In this document: positions 26,790 to 38,423 of the stretch, one piece after another
Numbering within the stretch: position 1 is the stretch's first letter
How the letters are laid out: every line of letters starts with the position of its first letter
Assembly (NCBI RefSeq): GCF_006345805.1
Contig: NC_043001.1
Span: 5,332,001 to 5,396,000, forward strand
Length of the DNA stretch: 64,000 nucleotides
Direction of reading: 5' to 3'
DNA from: Octopus sinensis
Taxonomy: Eukaryota
The notes under the pieces: model-generated
Database searches by the model: none
Told to the model about the DNA's origin: nothing
Seen by the model: the letters and a program-made list of their open reading frames with translations, nothing else
Position numbers and translations under genes: made by a program

Positions 26790-28140
26790 CATAGCATTTC
26801 AAATTATTAGGCAGCTCTGTTTTATCGAAAAAGCAAAGTATTTATTCGTTCCAACCCAGATATTTTTCACTGAATGATGGCAGCATCGGCGTGCGTATAA
26901 CGTAATAAAATAAATTAGATCTGCGCAGACGTAAATAAACGGCGAGGTTAACATAGCAACAATTTTCGAGCCTAAACTAATAAAAGTGTTATTATGGGTC
27001 AAAAATGTGATTTAACATCAAATAAAAAGTCCACCATCTTCTTCGCCTGGAAAAACTAAAAAGACATCAAAGATCCTGGGATAAGATCATCGATCTGTGA
27101 AGAAATTTCTGGAGTCTTCTGCTGTTCGTTCGAGGGCTGACAAAGGCAAATCGAGGGTTGCTTCCAGGCGTATCCTATCACTTTTAACGAGGGAAGTTGC
27201 GAAAAATACGTGCCAGACTAGTCGAGAAGTTTATAAACGTTGTGGTAGGGAAGACATTCAGGAATCTACCAGGTGATGCTTCCTCAAGCAGGTAGCCAAG
27301 AACGTAAAACCTGTTACGAGGCCCCTTCTGAAGGCTTTTCATGAACAAAATAGTGTCAAATAGGCAGAAGACTACATGAAGATAGATTTTTAAAAACCGT
27401 GCTACCCGAAATGGACCAGATAGAAAAAATAAAGGAGGGTTGCAATTAGCGGAAACCTCCCCCGACGTTTGAAACGCTAACAAAAGGAAGGCAGAATTAT
27501 AATTTAGGTTGGCATCATTGAAGACAGGTTGGTTCGTCCTTGGAAAGTTCCAGACGGAATTAAGATGACATTTAATGTCCATGTTGCCTTTTTGAACGAC
27601 AATTTTAAGCCTTGGTTGAGGACTCAGAAAGCTTCACTAAAGAGAATTGTGGTATTCATGCAAGATAATTCCCCCTACCATGCAGCTAAGAAATATCTGG
27701 AATAACTACAGTAATTAGGCTTCTCTGGAGACCGTTTGATGAAGTGGACAGCGTGTTCACGCGACTTAAACCCGATTGAAATTCCATTGAGTGTTCTGAA
27801 GAAGATATATATCACGATGGACGACAGTTTCCAACGAAAGATACGCTCTGGGAAGATATTGTGGATGCTGCTGAGAGTATTACACCAGATGAACTAGTTA
27901 CCTTGACAAATTGAATAGGTAAAAGCGTCAGACACGATCTCACACATGGAGAATCATACATCCATTATTATGAACTTTATGATATCATATTTCTTGTATT
28001 ATTTCCATACCAACATATTATTATTTTTATTATAATGTTGTTAAGTTTGTATATTTTGTAAAATATGAAGCGCTGCATTAAATAAATGCTTGTTTTCGCA
28101 TAAGTAGCATTTTTATTGGACCTACCTACTAATTTGTTAT
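26790..28140 (+). mobile_element. Tc1-like DNA transposon relic with DD37E spacing (TRT-like)
   Basis: ATG at about 26994 (MGQKCDLT); in-frame QDNSPYH...WTACSRDLNPIE at 27661-27780 with 37 residues between D and E; degenerate TIRs CAAATTATTAGGCA (~26800) and TACCTACTAATTTG (~28123); many stops. Confidence 0.85.
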
Positions 28141-28345
28141 GATAAAAATGATGCGTATTGATAAAATGGCCGGGACCTTACGTATAACAGGCTCGGATGT
28201 ATTTTGGTACGCTACATGCAGATGGGTGATATCGTGCAATAGGAAAATATCTGGATTCGAACGAATACTCTGTTATTGCCAAAAAACAAAGCTGTGTATA
28301 TACACAGACAGACAGTGTGTATATATATAAACACACACACACACA

Positions 28346-28388
<43 letters not shown>

Positions 28389-28410
28389 ATATATATATAT
28401 ATATATAGAT

Positions 28411-28444
<34 letters not shown>

Positions 28445-28460
28445 TGATAGATAGACAGAT

Positions 28461-28622
28461 ACACGACAGGCATTTAAAAGTTTCTGCTTATCGAATCTAC
28501 TCACAAGTATTTGGTCTGCCCGAGGCTATAGTAGAAATGCTCAAGATTCTACGCAGTGGGACCGAACCCGGAATCATGTGGTTGGGGAACAAGGTTCTTA
28601 CCACGCAGCCACTGCTGCGCCT
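28461..28622 (-). mobile_element. SINE family B, 5' half, diverged
   Basis: Reverse complement GGCGCAGCAGTGGCTGCGTGGTAAG...CCGGGTTCGGTCCCACTGCG matches the copy at 42595. Confidence 0.85.
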
Positions 28623-29129
28623 ATATCTATCTATCTGTGTGTCTGTCTATCTATCTATCTATCTATTTATTTATCTATGTATCTATCTATCTATCTATCT
28701 ATATATATATATATATAGGCGTGTGTCTGTATGTATTTAGTATGCTTTCAAAGTTTTTTTTACCTTCGCAGTGTTCGGATTTCATCTAATTTCCAATGCG
28801 TCGTTGTACTTTGAAAAAAAAAGACAAAAACACAAAGCAGAGTCAATAAAATCGATTATGTCGAATTTCATAACGGAAAACGTGAAAAAATGGCAGCATG
28901 AATATACATCAGCAAAAAAACTATCTAAATATAAAATATATAAAATTATATTTTTTTTATTGCTTATTATTTCATTAAACTATTCTGAAATTAACCACAT
29001 CCACAACTGAAATTAGATCTGCAACTACTGCTGTTGTTACTGCTACTGCTGCTGATGCCCCTCCTCCTCCTCCTCCTCCTACTACTACTACTACTACTAT
29101 TAAGGCAGTAAATGTCCAGAAGCGCGACA

Positions 29130-29990
29130 AATGAATTTAGAAGAGGTAAGAATGCACAACCTCATACTCATTGGTCTAAATCTTCCATCTCTTCTGCCTT
29201 AATCAAGTCGTTCATACGGATTTCTCTTGTTTGTTCTATGAGACACTGGGCGGATGCTTCAAAATCAATGGTCACAATTTGATAATAACCACTCCTAAAC
29301 TAACGGGACTGGAAGTATTTAATAGTGAAGGTGTCATGCACGGCTGGCAGGTTGTTACTCATCAATCTCCGGTGGGTCGTCATGAAGCTATTGATGGGGA
29401 CCAAAATAAAAGTCACAAGTGCGAAATAAAAAGAATGAAATGGGAAGAAGATGTAAATACCTACATTCCCTTAAATCGATACATGAAGCATCTTTTATTT
29501 GGCCCACTTCTCAGCCAGCATTCATTACTGAGCTAGATCCCGTGTTCAATGTTCATGCGGCTCTCTACACTTATCAGTCCTTTTCCTCCATTTGTTCTCT
29601 TCATGTACAGACGATCAATGTCTACACGTAGGTGAAAGGTTCCATGCACGTTAAAGAGTGTCTTTGTTATCCAATCCAACTCATTTAGCTAATACTTTAC
29701 CACCTTCAGAATTCCGGCTCCATACGGGACTAATTCGTGTATGTGTTTTAGTTGCCGAAATTAAGGTTCCGTCATTCATGTTTGAAATGAATATTTTTCT
29801 CAATCGCCGCTGATACACTTTCTTTCTTTGTCTTTCACATCATCATACTTAGTTCCATCTGCATCATATATTTCCAGGTATTTATATCCAGATACAGGTT
29901 TGCTTGCTTTAATCAATTCCTCAAATAATCTTTGACAACAGTTTCTTTTTTACGAGCCGGTATCCCAGCAGTTCTTCGTGAACATTTCTA
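29130..29990 (-). mobile_element. Old R4/Dong-clade retrotransposon relic
   Basis: Minus-strand peptides GYKYLEIY, KVYQRRLRKIF, HGTFHLRVDIDRLYMKRTNGGKGLISVE are the same motifs as in the 34.4-35.5 kb copy. Confidence 0.75.
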
Positions 29991-31221
29991 GATATTTCCT
30001 CGCCATGGGCGCATTCCAGTGACTGAAACAAGTGTAAGATAAACAGCATAAAATAGAGTCGCACACTTGTTTATAAGCATCCTGTCATGCAGGCAAAATG
30101 CAATAAAGTGCACGCAAAAGCTATGCATGTGTTCGTAGAGCATTGCAGCTACATAAACATAAATAGATATATAGCTGTGTGTAAGCAGACGAGCATATAA
30201 GCAAGCATAGAAGCGAACCCACATACTTCCACATGCTTAGATATTTGCAGACATGAGTGCATTATATGTACATATTTAAATAAAACTTCCAATTGAATTA
30301 CAACTTCCATTGAAGGAGAATGATTTGCGAATTGGCTAGTAGCATTTTCTATTTAGAATAATGTTGAGAATAACGTTTAAATGAAGTCTCAAACAAGTAC
30401 AGAGTTATTAATACAGAATGTCACATATATTTCCTGAAATACAACTGGAACTTATGTTGGTAACAAATCGTAAATTACAGTTCTAAAAGAGACCGACTTA
30501 AATGACTTTAAACTTATTCCAAATCCCATGACATCAGCAAAATTTCCAAGAAATTTCAGAGAAATAGATTAAATGAGTTAGAGATTTATAATATTCTGGA
30601 GACATATAAAAAGAGTTAGGCGTGCGGCTGTAATCAGACACTTGAAGTTACTAAGTGAACAAATGAAAGTAAGTTTGAGGAAGAGACATTTATATGCTTC
30701 AAAGTACAAAATACAATGCAGTTAGGAATATATTATACTTCAGTTAAAAATATTCAGAATCACCTGTATGATGTTGCTGGAATATCAATAATAATAATAA
30801 TAATATCAATAATAATAATATCAATAATAATAATAGTAATAATAATAATCATTTCTAAGTATTCACAACAAATATCGGAGATGTTATACGATAATACAAT
30901 GTTGCGTTACATATAATGATGCTTTTAAACTGTGAAAACGGTAACAAAATACAGTTCAACAGGGAAGAATTCCCAGAAAAAGTTAATTCCTCTGGCTGAC
31001 CGTTGGGTGCCCACAAAACCACTGAGATCCTCATCACTAGAACAAGTGGCGCCTCTTCATCGTTTATACGCGCATGCTTGGAGCGTGCTCGTATAACCAG
31101 ATCCTACTGACACTTTTCATACACTTTTCAACAATGTTGCCGGGTGGCAGCATTTGCCTCTGTACCCTCACTTACATTCACAAGTGAAACATAAAAAAGT
31201 TGATGACGGCGCGACCAAAAA

Positions 31222-31549
31222 GGCGGTATGGTTCGGTAGTTAGAGCGTCGAGCTTAAAATCGTGAGGTTGTGTGTTCGAATCTCAGATCGGGCTGCGTGT
31301 TGTGTTCTTGAACAAGACACATTATTTCACGTTGATCCAGTTCACTCAGCTGTAGAAATGATTTGCGACGTCACAGGTGCCAAGCTGTATCGAACCCTTT
31401 GCCTTTCCCTTGGATAACACCGTTGGCGTGAAGAGGGGGAGTCTGGTGTGCATGGGAGACTTCGGTACTTCACTAAGCAATCTTGCCGGACTTGTGCCCA
31501 GGAGGGTAACTTTCTAGGTGCAATCCAATGGTCAGTCATGACCGAAGAG
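31222..31549 (+). mobile_element. tRNA-derived SINE, family D
   Basis: tRNA-like head (GGTTCGGTAGTTAGAGCG...GTTCGAATC) followed by CTTGAACAAGACAC...CCAGTTCACTCAGCTGTAGAAATG, a CORE-like central segment. Confidence 0.7.
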
Positions 31550-31559
31550 TTTCTCAGCA

Positions 31560-31810
<251 letters not shown>

Positions 31811-32989
31811 ATTTTACCTAACATTACCATATATTACTAATGTATATGTGTCTAGACAAATTGTTGTCTTTATACTTGTTTCTTTTAAAACTTGTGTTAA
31901 TGTTATATCATATTAAACCTTTTTATAGTGTAAATAATTTTTTACTTTGTCAATTGTATTTCACGCTTTCATTTAATAATTGTATATATTGTATACGCAC
32001 CCGCACGCACGCACACTCACACACACGTAAATATATATATATATATATATAAATGTAGAAGCACAGACACGACTATGTCTATCATGTCGGCTTTTGGGCT
32101 TAGATTGGTATCATATCGAACGATATCGTATTACCAATTTACTTCAAGATATGTGCACAGCATCCCCACAGCACTGAACTAAAATGATAATTACGTAAGT
32201 GCGATGTAAGGAACTCAGATAAGCCGTATTAAGGATAAGAAATGACAAATAATTATTTCGCCACAGCGACCACAGAGAAAAGGAAAGAACATATTCCATT
32301 ACATTTTTATGAATGAAATGAGAATATAATTTAACAACATAGTTACAAAAATGAGCAGGGAATTACTTTGGAAGGAAAGGATCAAATTACATTGTCAGTT
32401 GTGAGCAGTACAGATAAAAAAAAAAAGAGGAATATATACGGAAAGAAAAGTAAAATCTACTGAGGAGTTTTGATTTATTCATACGTTGTTAACTGATTTC
32501 AATAGGATATGGAAATATCGTTCAAGGTTTGTGATGAAGTACCTGTTATACAGATTGTATTATACTGTTATTTGCATTTCGAAATTTGCTGTCACTTAAA
32601 CAGAGACACAGGTGAACCGTAAACGAGGGTGATTCAATCATAAATATTTTCTGAGACGACGGGCTGGCGGAATAGAAAGCACGCTGGGCAGAATTTTGAG
32701 CGGTATTTCGATCGTCTTTACTATCTGAGTTCAAACTACATCGCAAAAAAATTTGCTTTTAATCTCATCGGGGGCGAAAAAATAATGGGGTCGCTGTAAC
32801 ACTTGCCTTAAATTTGCTGGACTTGAACCATTATCATGAGTAATTTGTTTTCCTCTCGACTTCCATTTACATGTATGTAAGTGTTTGTATATGTGTATAT
32901 ATGTATATATAAACATATATATATATATATGTGTGTGTATGAATATATATTATATGTGTGTGTATCTGTATCATACGCACACACACAGG

Positions 32990-33420
32990 CACAGGTCTTG
33001 GGAGGGGCCATGGGAGCTAGAATGGGACAAACCGTTTAATGGAGCAGTTCCGAGACATCAAACTCAGCAATGACACCCCGGTCTTGCCCCATTTCCACTC
33101 TACAAGTCATTCACTACAACACCTGTCTGTGTTCGACTGTCTTCGCACAGGGTCCATCCGGTCTCACGCCTTCGCCGTGAATAGTGTTTAATCTTCTCTC
33201 GTCGCTCCTTTGAACCATATATTCTCAAATCACCTCCACTGGTGTCTTCATCTGACACCTACATACTCTGTTCACTGCTACCCACCTCTCCTCTCTTCCT
33301 CAGACACCTACCTCCTGTCTTTGCTCCTACCCACCTCATACCTTCATTAATACAACTCCCGCCCCAACCCACCTCTACACACGCCACACCTTCACTCCCC
33401 AGCTACAGCCACTAATGCTT
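32990..33420 (+). mobile_element. Penelope-like element 3' fragment (end of GIY-YIG domain and pyrimidine-rich 3' UTR)
   Basis: NRLMEQFRDIKLSNDTPVLPHFHSTSHSLQHLSVF resembles the PLE endonuclease segment RF.EH...I.....PV..HF....HS. Confidence 0.7.
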
Positions 33421-33593
33421 GTGCATACACCTGACTTAGTCTTTTGTTTTTCTGTATATTTCAACCATATATGTATATGTGTATATATGTGTGTGCGCGT
33501 ATGTATGTACGTATATACTTATATATGTATATATATATGTGTGTGTGTGTGTGTGTATGTATATATATATATATGCATATATATATATATATG

Positions 33594-33594
<1 letters not shown>

Positions 33595-33640
<46 letters not shown>

Positions 33641-33662
33641 TAATAATAATAATGATAATAAT
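33595..33662. repeat. (AAT)n microsatellite
   Basis: 5' flank of the R4/Dong fragment. Confidence 0.95.
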
Positions 33663-33927
33663 AGAAATAGAAATTCAAAAGATAATGCTCATGGGAACTG
33701 CACATATCCTACGGAAAATACTTTCTATGTAATCTCAAACTTTAAAACAAACACACAATTTTCTTATATGTTTCTTAAACATTCTCTAGAATAACACTAA
33801 GTACAAAACCAAATATATGACACCCTAGTCATAACTCCAACATGAACTGCTAAGTTATCTCTTGATGTCTCTGGGTGAGACTTGGAGCCAACTTATACAA
33901 ATATGTAAAGCAAAAGTCAAACATATG
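33663..33927 (+). mobile_element. R4/Dong 3' end (last ORF codons and 3' UTR)
   Basis: EIQKIMLMGTAHILRKILSM* is the typical R4/Dong C-terminus; flanked by (AAT)n on both sides. Confidence 0.85.
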
Positions 33928-34004
33928 ATAATAATAATAATAATGATAATAATAATAATAACAATAATAATAATAATAATAATAATGATAATAATAATAA
34001 TAAC

Positions 34005-34066
<62 letters not shown>
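33927..34066. repeat. (AAT)n microsatellite
   Basis: Read directly from the sequence. Confidence 0.95.
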
Positions 34067-34395
34067 GTAGTGGGGGAGCATCATAGCCATGTGTTGAGAG
34101 GGATTCTTTGGGGTTTGAATAATTCACCTCTGGAAACATGGGTGGTTCTTTCAACATCCTTAAACAACCCTTATTCAGGGACCGTTTGAGCGGGATGGGC
34201 TACTGAACCTGAAGAAAATTCTAACTGGGCCCCACCTGCAAGGTCATGTGCTGTTTATCTTGATATGAGATCACCATGTTGCGCACATATGGTTGTGATG
34301 CATGTGCCTGGTGTACCCTTATCAGACGTGTTGTCATGATGGGTATATTGGGCTTCGTATATTTTACCCCAGTGTCACTTTGATGGCATGAACTG
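34064..34395 (-). mobile_element. Probable retroposon 3' portion ending in an (ATT)n tail
   Basis: GC-richer non-coding block whose minus-strand end CCCCCACTACTTATT runs into the microsatellite; family not identified. Confidence 0.4.
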
Positions 34396-34417
34396 CTTCT
34401 CATTCAATAATAATAAT

Positions 34418-35564
34418 AAACAGCTGGAAACACTATTAAAGACAATTCATGGATTTACCAAAGAAATAGATATGAAATTTGGATTGGAAAAATGCGCCAA
34501 AGTAACCATGAAAAGAGGAAAACTAGTTAAGAGTAGCAACATCACACTAGATAAAACCAATGAAATAAAAGAACTAGACCAAAGCCAAACTTACAAATAT
34601 TTAGGAATCCATGAACTAGATAAGACACAACACACACAAATGAAAGAGAAAATTAAAAACAATATTATAGACGAGTTAGATCAATACTAAAAACAGAGCT
34701 CAATGCTAAAAACAAGATAATAGGTATTAACAATTTAGCTGTCCCAGTTATAAGTTACAGCTACAATATCCTTAACTGGACACGAAATGAACTGACCAAA
34801 ATAGATAGGAAAACAAGAAAAATAATGATAGGATCTAGAATGCATCACCCAAAATCTGACATAGAAAGACTATATATACAACGTATAGAAGGTGGTAGAG
34901 GCCTTATACAGCTGGAAAACTACTATAAAATAACCACCATAGGACTGCAAAAATATCTACTTCAGAAGGAAGGAAAACTGATACAAATAGCAGCAAAACA
35001 CGAGCAAAACAAAAAACTGTTCTCAGTATTTAAGGAAGCTGACAAATACAAAGAAGAAATCATACCACCTAATAAATATGAAGAAGAAGAAGATGAAGAA
35101 ACAACAAAAGCTATAAAACAAATGAAATCCAAACTAAAAATAGAACAGCAACGAACCATGATAAAACGATGGCAAGAAAAGCCCCTTCATTGTAAATACT
35201 GGACTAAACTAAACGCAAAAGAAATAGACAAAGAAAAATCCCAGCAATGGTTGAGAAGCTCAGGACTCAAAGCAGAAACAGAGGGATTTTTAATTGCAGC
35301 ACAAGACCAAAGCCTCCCCACCAGAAATTACCAAAAACATGTAATGAAAAGAAATATTACAAGTAACTGCAGAATATGTGGAGATGGATAAGAAACAATA
35401 AATCATATTATCTCTAGCTGCCCAGTCCTGGCTAAGAAGGAATATATTCACAGACATGACAGAGTTGGAACCTACATACATTGGAAGCTATGCCAACATT
35501 ATGGAATAACAACAGAAAAAAGATGGTATAGGCACACACCAGAAAAGGTCACAGAAAACGAGAA
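34418..35564 (+). mobile_element. R4/Dong-clade retrotransposon fragment (RT C-terminus to CCHC zinc knuckle)
   Basis: MKFGLEKCAK, YKYLGI, HHPKSDIERLY...GGRGL, LKAETEGFLIAAQDQSLPTRNY, CRICGDG*ETINHIISSC, HDRVG; cut off at 35564 by the palindromic element. Confidence 0.92.
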
Positions 35565-36218
35565 TTTCACTAATCATACCCAATGCAGTTTTTCAAAGCA
35601 AGACATTTAAAAAATGGGACTAAATTCATTTTTTAAATGTCTTGCTTTGAAAAACTGCATTGGGTATGATTAGTGAAACTTATGACCCTCTTAGTGTGAG
35701 GCATTTATGTGTAATAATGACCTCTATATAATATAAATTAATATGTTCAAAAGAAAAAAAATTATTTTCGAATTTTTCCTCTTATGAGGTTTTTCACGCT
35801 AACTACCTGATAATTTCTTGTTAAGATTCCTTATTAAGAGGTTATCCTTAATTGTTAAATTTATTCCGAAAAAACTTTTCCTATCCGAAGTGCAGTTCGT
35901 AAAAGCCCGCCATTTACCGAATATATGATTTATAAACATCTCCATGTGCTTCGTTGGAGAGAGCAGTTGCCTGTTCGGCTTCGACAGTGTTGGTCGTTTA
36001 TTTATGATGTGTTCAGAATCAGTTCTACCGATGAGCATAGACGCAGTTTTTATGCGGTGAGTGCGAAATCACAGGTGATATAGGACTAAATTCATTTTTT
36101 AAATGTCTTGCTTTGAAAAACTGCATTGGGTATGATTAGTGAAATTGTTGGTAGTAATGACTTATGTCCCTCTTAGTGTGAGGCATTTATGTGTAATAAT
36201 GCCCTCTATATAATATAT
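35565..36218 (+). mobile_element. Retrozyme/PLE-like non-coding element: inverted 52-bp arm + ~466-nt unit ending in an HHR + partial direct repeat
   Basis: 35617-35730 is repeated at 36083-36212 (first 62 nt identical); perfect inverted repeat 35565-35616/35627-35678; related copy at 60841-61230. Confidence 0.85.
36021..36087 (+). ncRNA. Type I hammerhead ribozyme, predicted cleavage after A36080
   Basis: Stem I AGTTCTA/TAGGACT (7 bp, one G-U); core CCGATGA; stem II GCA/TGC with inner CGCA/TGCG; GAAA; stem III ATCAC/GTGAT; AUA cleavage triplet. Confidence 0.8.
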
Positions 36219-36263
36219 ACGTATATATAAATATATATATGTATATATGCATATATATATGTA

Positions 36264-36294
<31 letters not shown>

Positions 36295-36313
36295 ATATAT
36301 GTATATATGTGTG

Positions 36314-36344
<31 letters not shown>

Positions 36345-36363
36345 ATGTATATATGTGTGTGTG

Positions 36364-36399
<36 letters not shown>

Positions 36400-38032
36400 T
36401 ACATATATATGTGTGTGTGTGTGTGTACGTATGTGGCGTTTGATTTACATATCTTTCTCTTTGTTGTTCAAATACTTTTAATTGACACTCAGATGACATT
36501 CTAACGTATGCAAATCCCGCTAGAAAATAAATATTTCTTACTCTACTCTATTTCCTAAAAGGCCAGCCCCTTAGCTTATTGGTAATATGTTCAGATAATT
36601 GTCATCCTGATTACGGCGATAATACCTGAAAAAGATATCCACCAATGTTCTCTAAGTTTCAGATATACCTGCTCTTTTCTATGACAACATGTCAAATGAG
36701 GATAATGCTTGAATTTTAAGGTTATCTCTTCTCGCGTAGAGCCCATTTCAATTGGTATTTCTTTAATTAATATTCATCATCTAGGGAAATTAATATTTTA
36801 TGGTAGTTGCTAGACATGCATTTGCCTATATTATTTAAATACCTGTTCTTGCTCGATCAGAATTACTTTTCTTTAGCTCATATGTATCTCACCATGCTCT
36901 TCACTACATTGAATCATAGCTGATTTTTTTTGTGAGGCAATTTGCCTAATATTTCGTGCAATTGACTCAGAATCACATATACTACATGATTGGCCTCTTT
37001 AATATACATATTTTGGCACACACATATACAAACACGTACACAGACATGCATATAGTAGTGTTCAGAATGTAATGTTCTGCAATAATGTCGACCGTAATGT
37101 TCTGAACTGTGCAACAGTATTTCCGCTTTGAATATTGTCGACCACCATAGAAAAAATAACGATTTTTCTTGCAGAATGTTTTGCAAAATATAATATTTCA
37201 GTTTAAAAATTTGCATGGAAAAAAATCACTTCTGATATAAATTTGATAAAAGTTATAAAAACGAAGAGAAATAACAAATGACACAAATGTGAAATCAAAT
37301 AAAAATCAAAATAAAATTGATTAGGTTGATTTTATCTGTAATTTTTTTGTTCTGTTAATAATGATCAGATAAATCATTGATTTAATTTAATTAATGTAAT
37401 CGTGTTTGAATTGAAATTCTATAATTCAATAAATGGATTTAATATTTGATTATATTTCTTGCTGGTGGAGGCTCGTATCTCCTGCCGTTTTTAAATAAGA
37501 ATAATTAACACAAGCAATTTATTGAACGAACGAATTTTCAAACAACAACAACAAGAATATGTTCATCATTCTCATCTCGTATAAATCAACTAGTTTGACC
37601 CATATGGAGACTTGATATACACTTCACTGTACAAGAATATTTTGTTAAAACAAAGCAAACCTATTTTAGCGGGACTAATTTCCCTTCAGCCACAGATTTC
37701 GTACAAGATTCCATTTAGTTTATTATCTTGACTAAATTTATTCCTCACAAATTTTTTTATGTTGGGTAAGTGAATATCTTGAAGCATGGTATTTTGGGTG
37801 CCATCTTGGGGTTGTAGGAATCGTTTCTATATCTGTGGCTTATATATTTTCAAATGGCAATACATTTCTGTTAGGCTGAGTATATATCTCAATAAAATAC
37901 GAATGAAGCTTACACACGGACACCCACTGAACATTGCTACTTTTTAATGATTTTATATTTTGCTTCCCCGTCTATCTACAGGCGTTTTTATTTCAACGTT
38001 ATCAACTGATAAAGACAATACAACTTACATAT

Positions 38033-38423
38033 TATTTCTTTATTGCCCACAATGGGCTAAACATAGAGGGGACAAACAAAACAGACGAAGGGATTAAGTC
38101 GATTACATGGACCCCAGTGCGTTACTGGTACTTAATTTATCGACCCTGAAAGGCGAAATTTGAATTCAGTATGTAACGGCAGACGAAATACCTATTTCTT
38201 TACTACCCACAAGGGGCTAAACACAGTGAGGCAAAAAAAAGACAGACAAAGGGATTAAATCCATTATATCGAACCCAGTGCGTACCTGGTACTTTATTTA
38301 TCTTTCCCGAAAGGATGAAAGGGAAAGTCAACTTCGGCAGAATTTGAACTCACAACGTAACGCAGCCGAAATACGGCTACGCATTTCGCCCGGCGTGCTG
38401 ACGTTTCTGCCAGCTCGTCGCCT
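38033..38423 (-). mobile_element. SINE family A, dimeric (head + body + tail + body + tail)
   Basis: Junction GGGTAGTAAAGAAATAG|GTATTTCGTC at 38181-38208 (reverse complement). Confidence 0.9.

Noticed and set aside
29150-29320. KYFQSR*FRSGYYQI resembling a gypsy RT motif, or a host exon ending ...EEMEDLDQ*
   Set aside because: Flanking residues do not fit gypsy RT, and the segment is collinear with the R4/Dong relic at 29500-29990, so it is better explained as that element's decayed C-terminus.
35799-36038. 79-aa minus-strand ORF inside the ribozyme-bearing unit
   Set aside because: No recognisable motif, and it is antisense to the HHR; treated as incidental.
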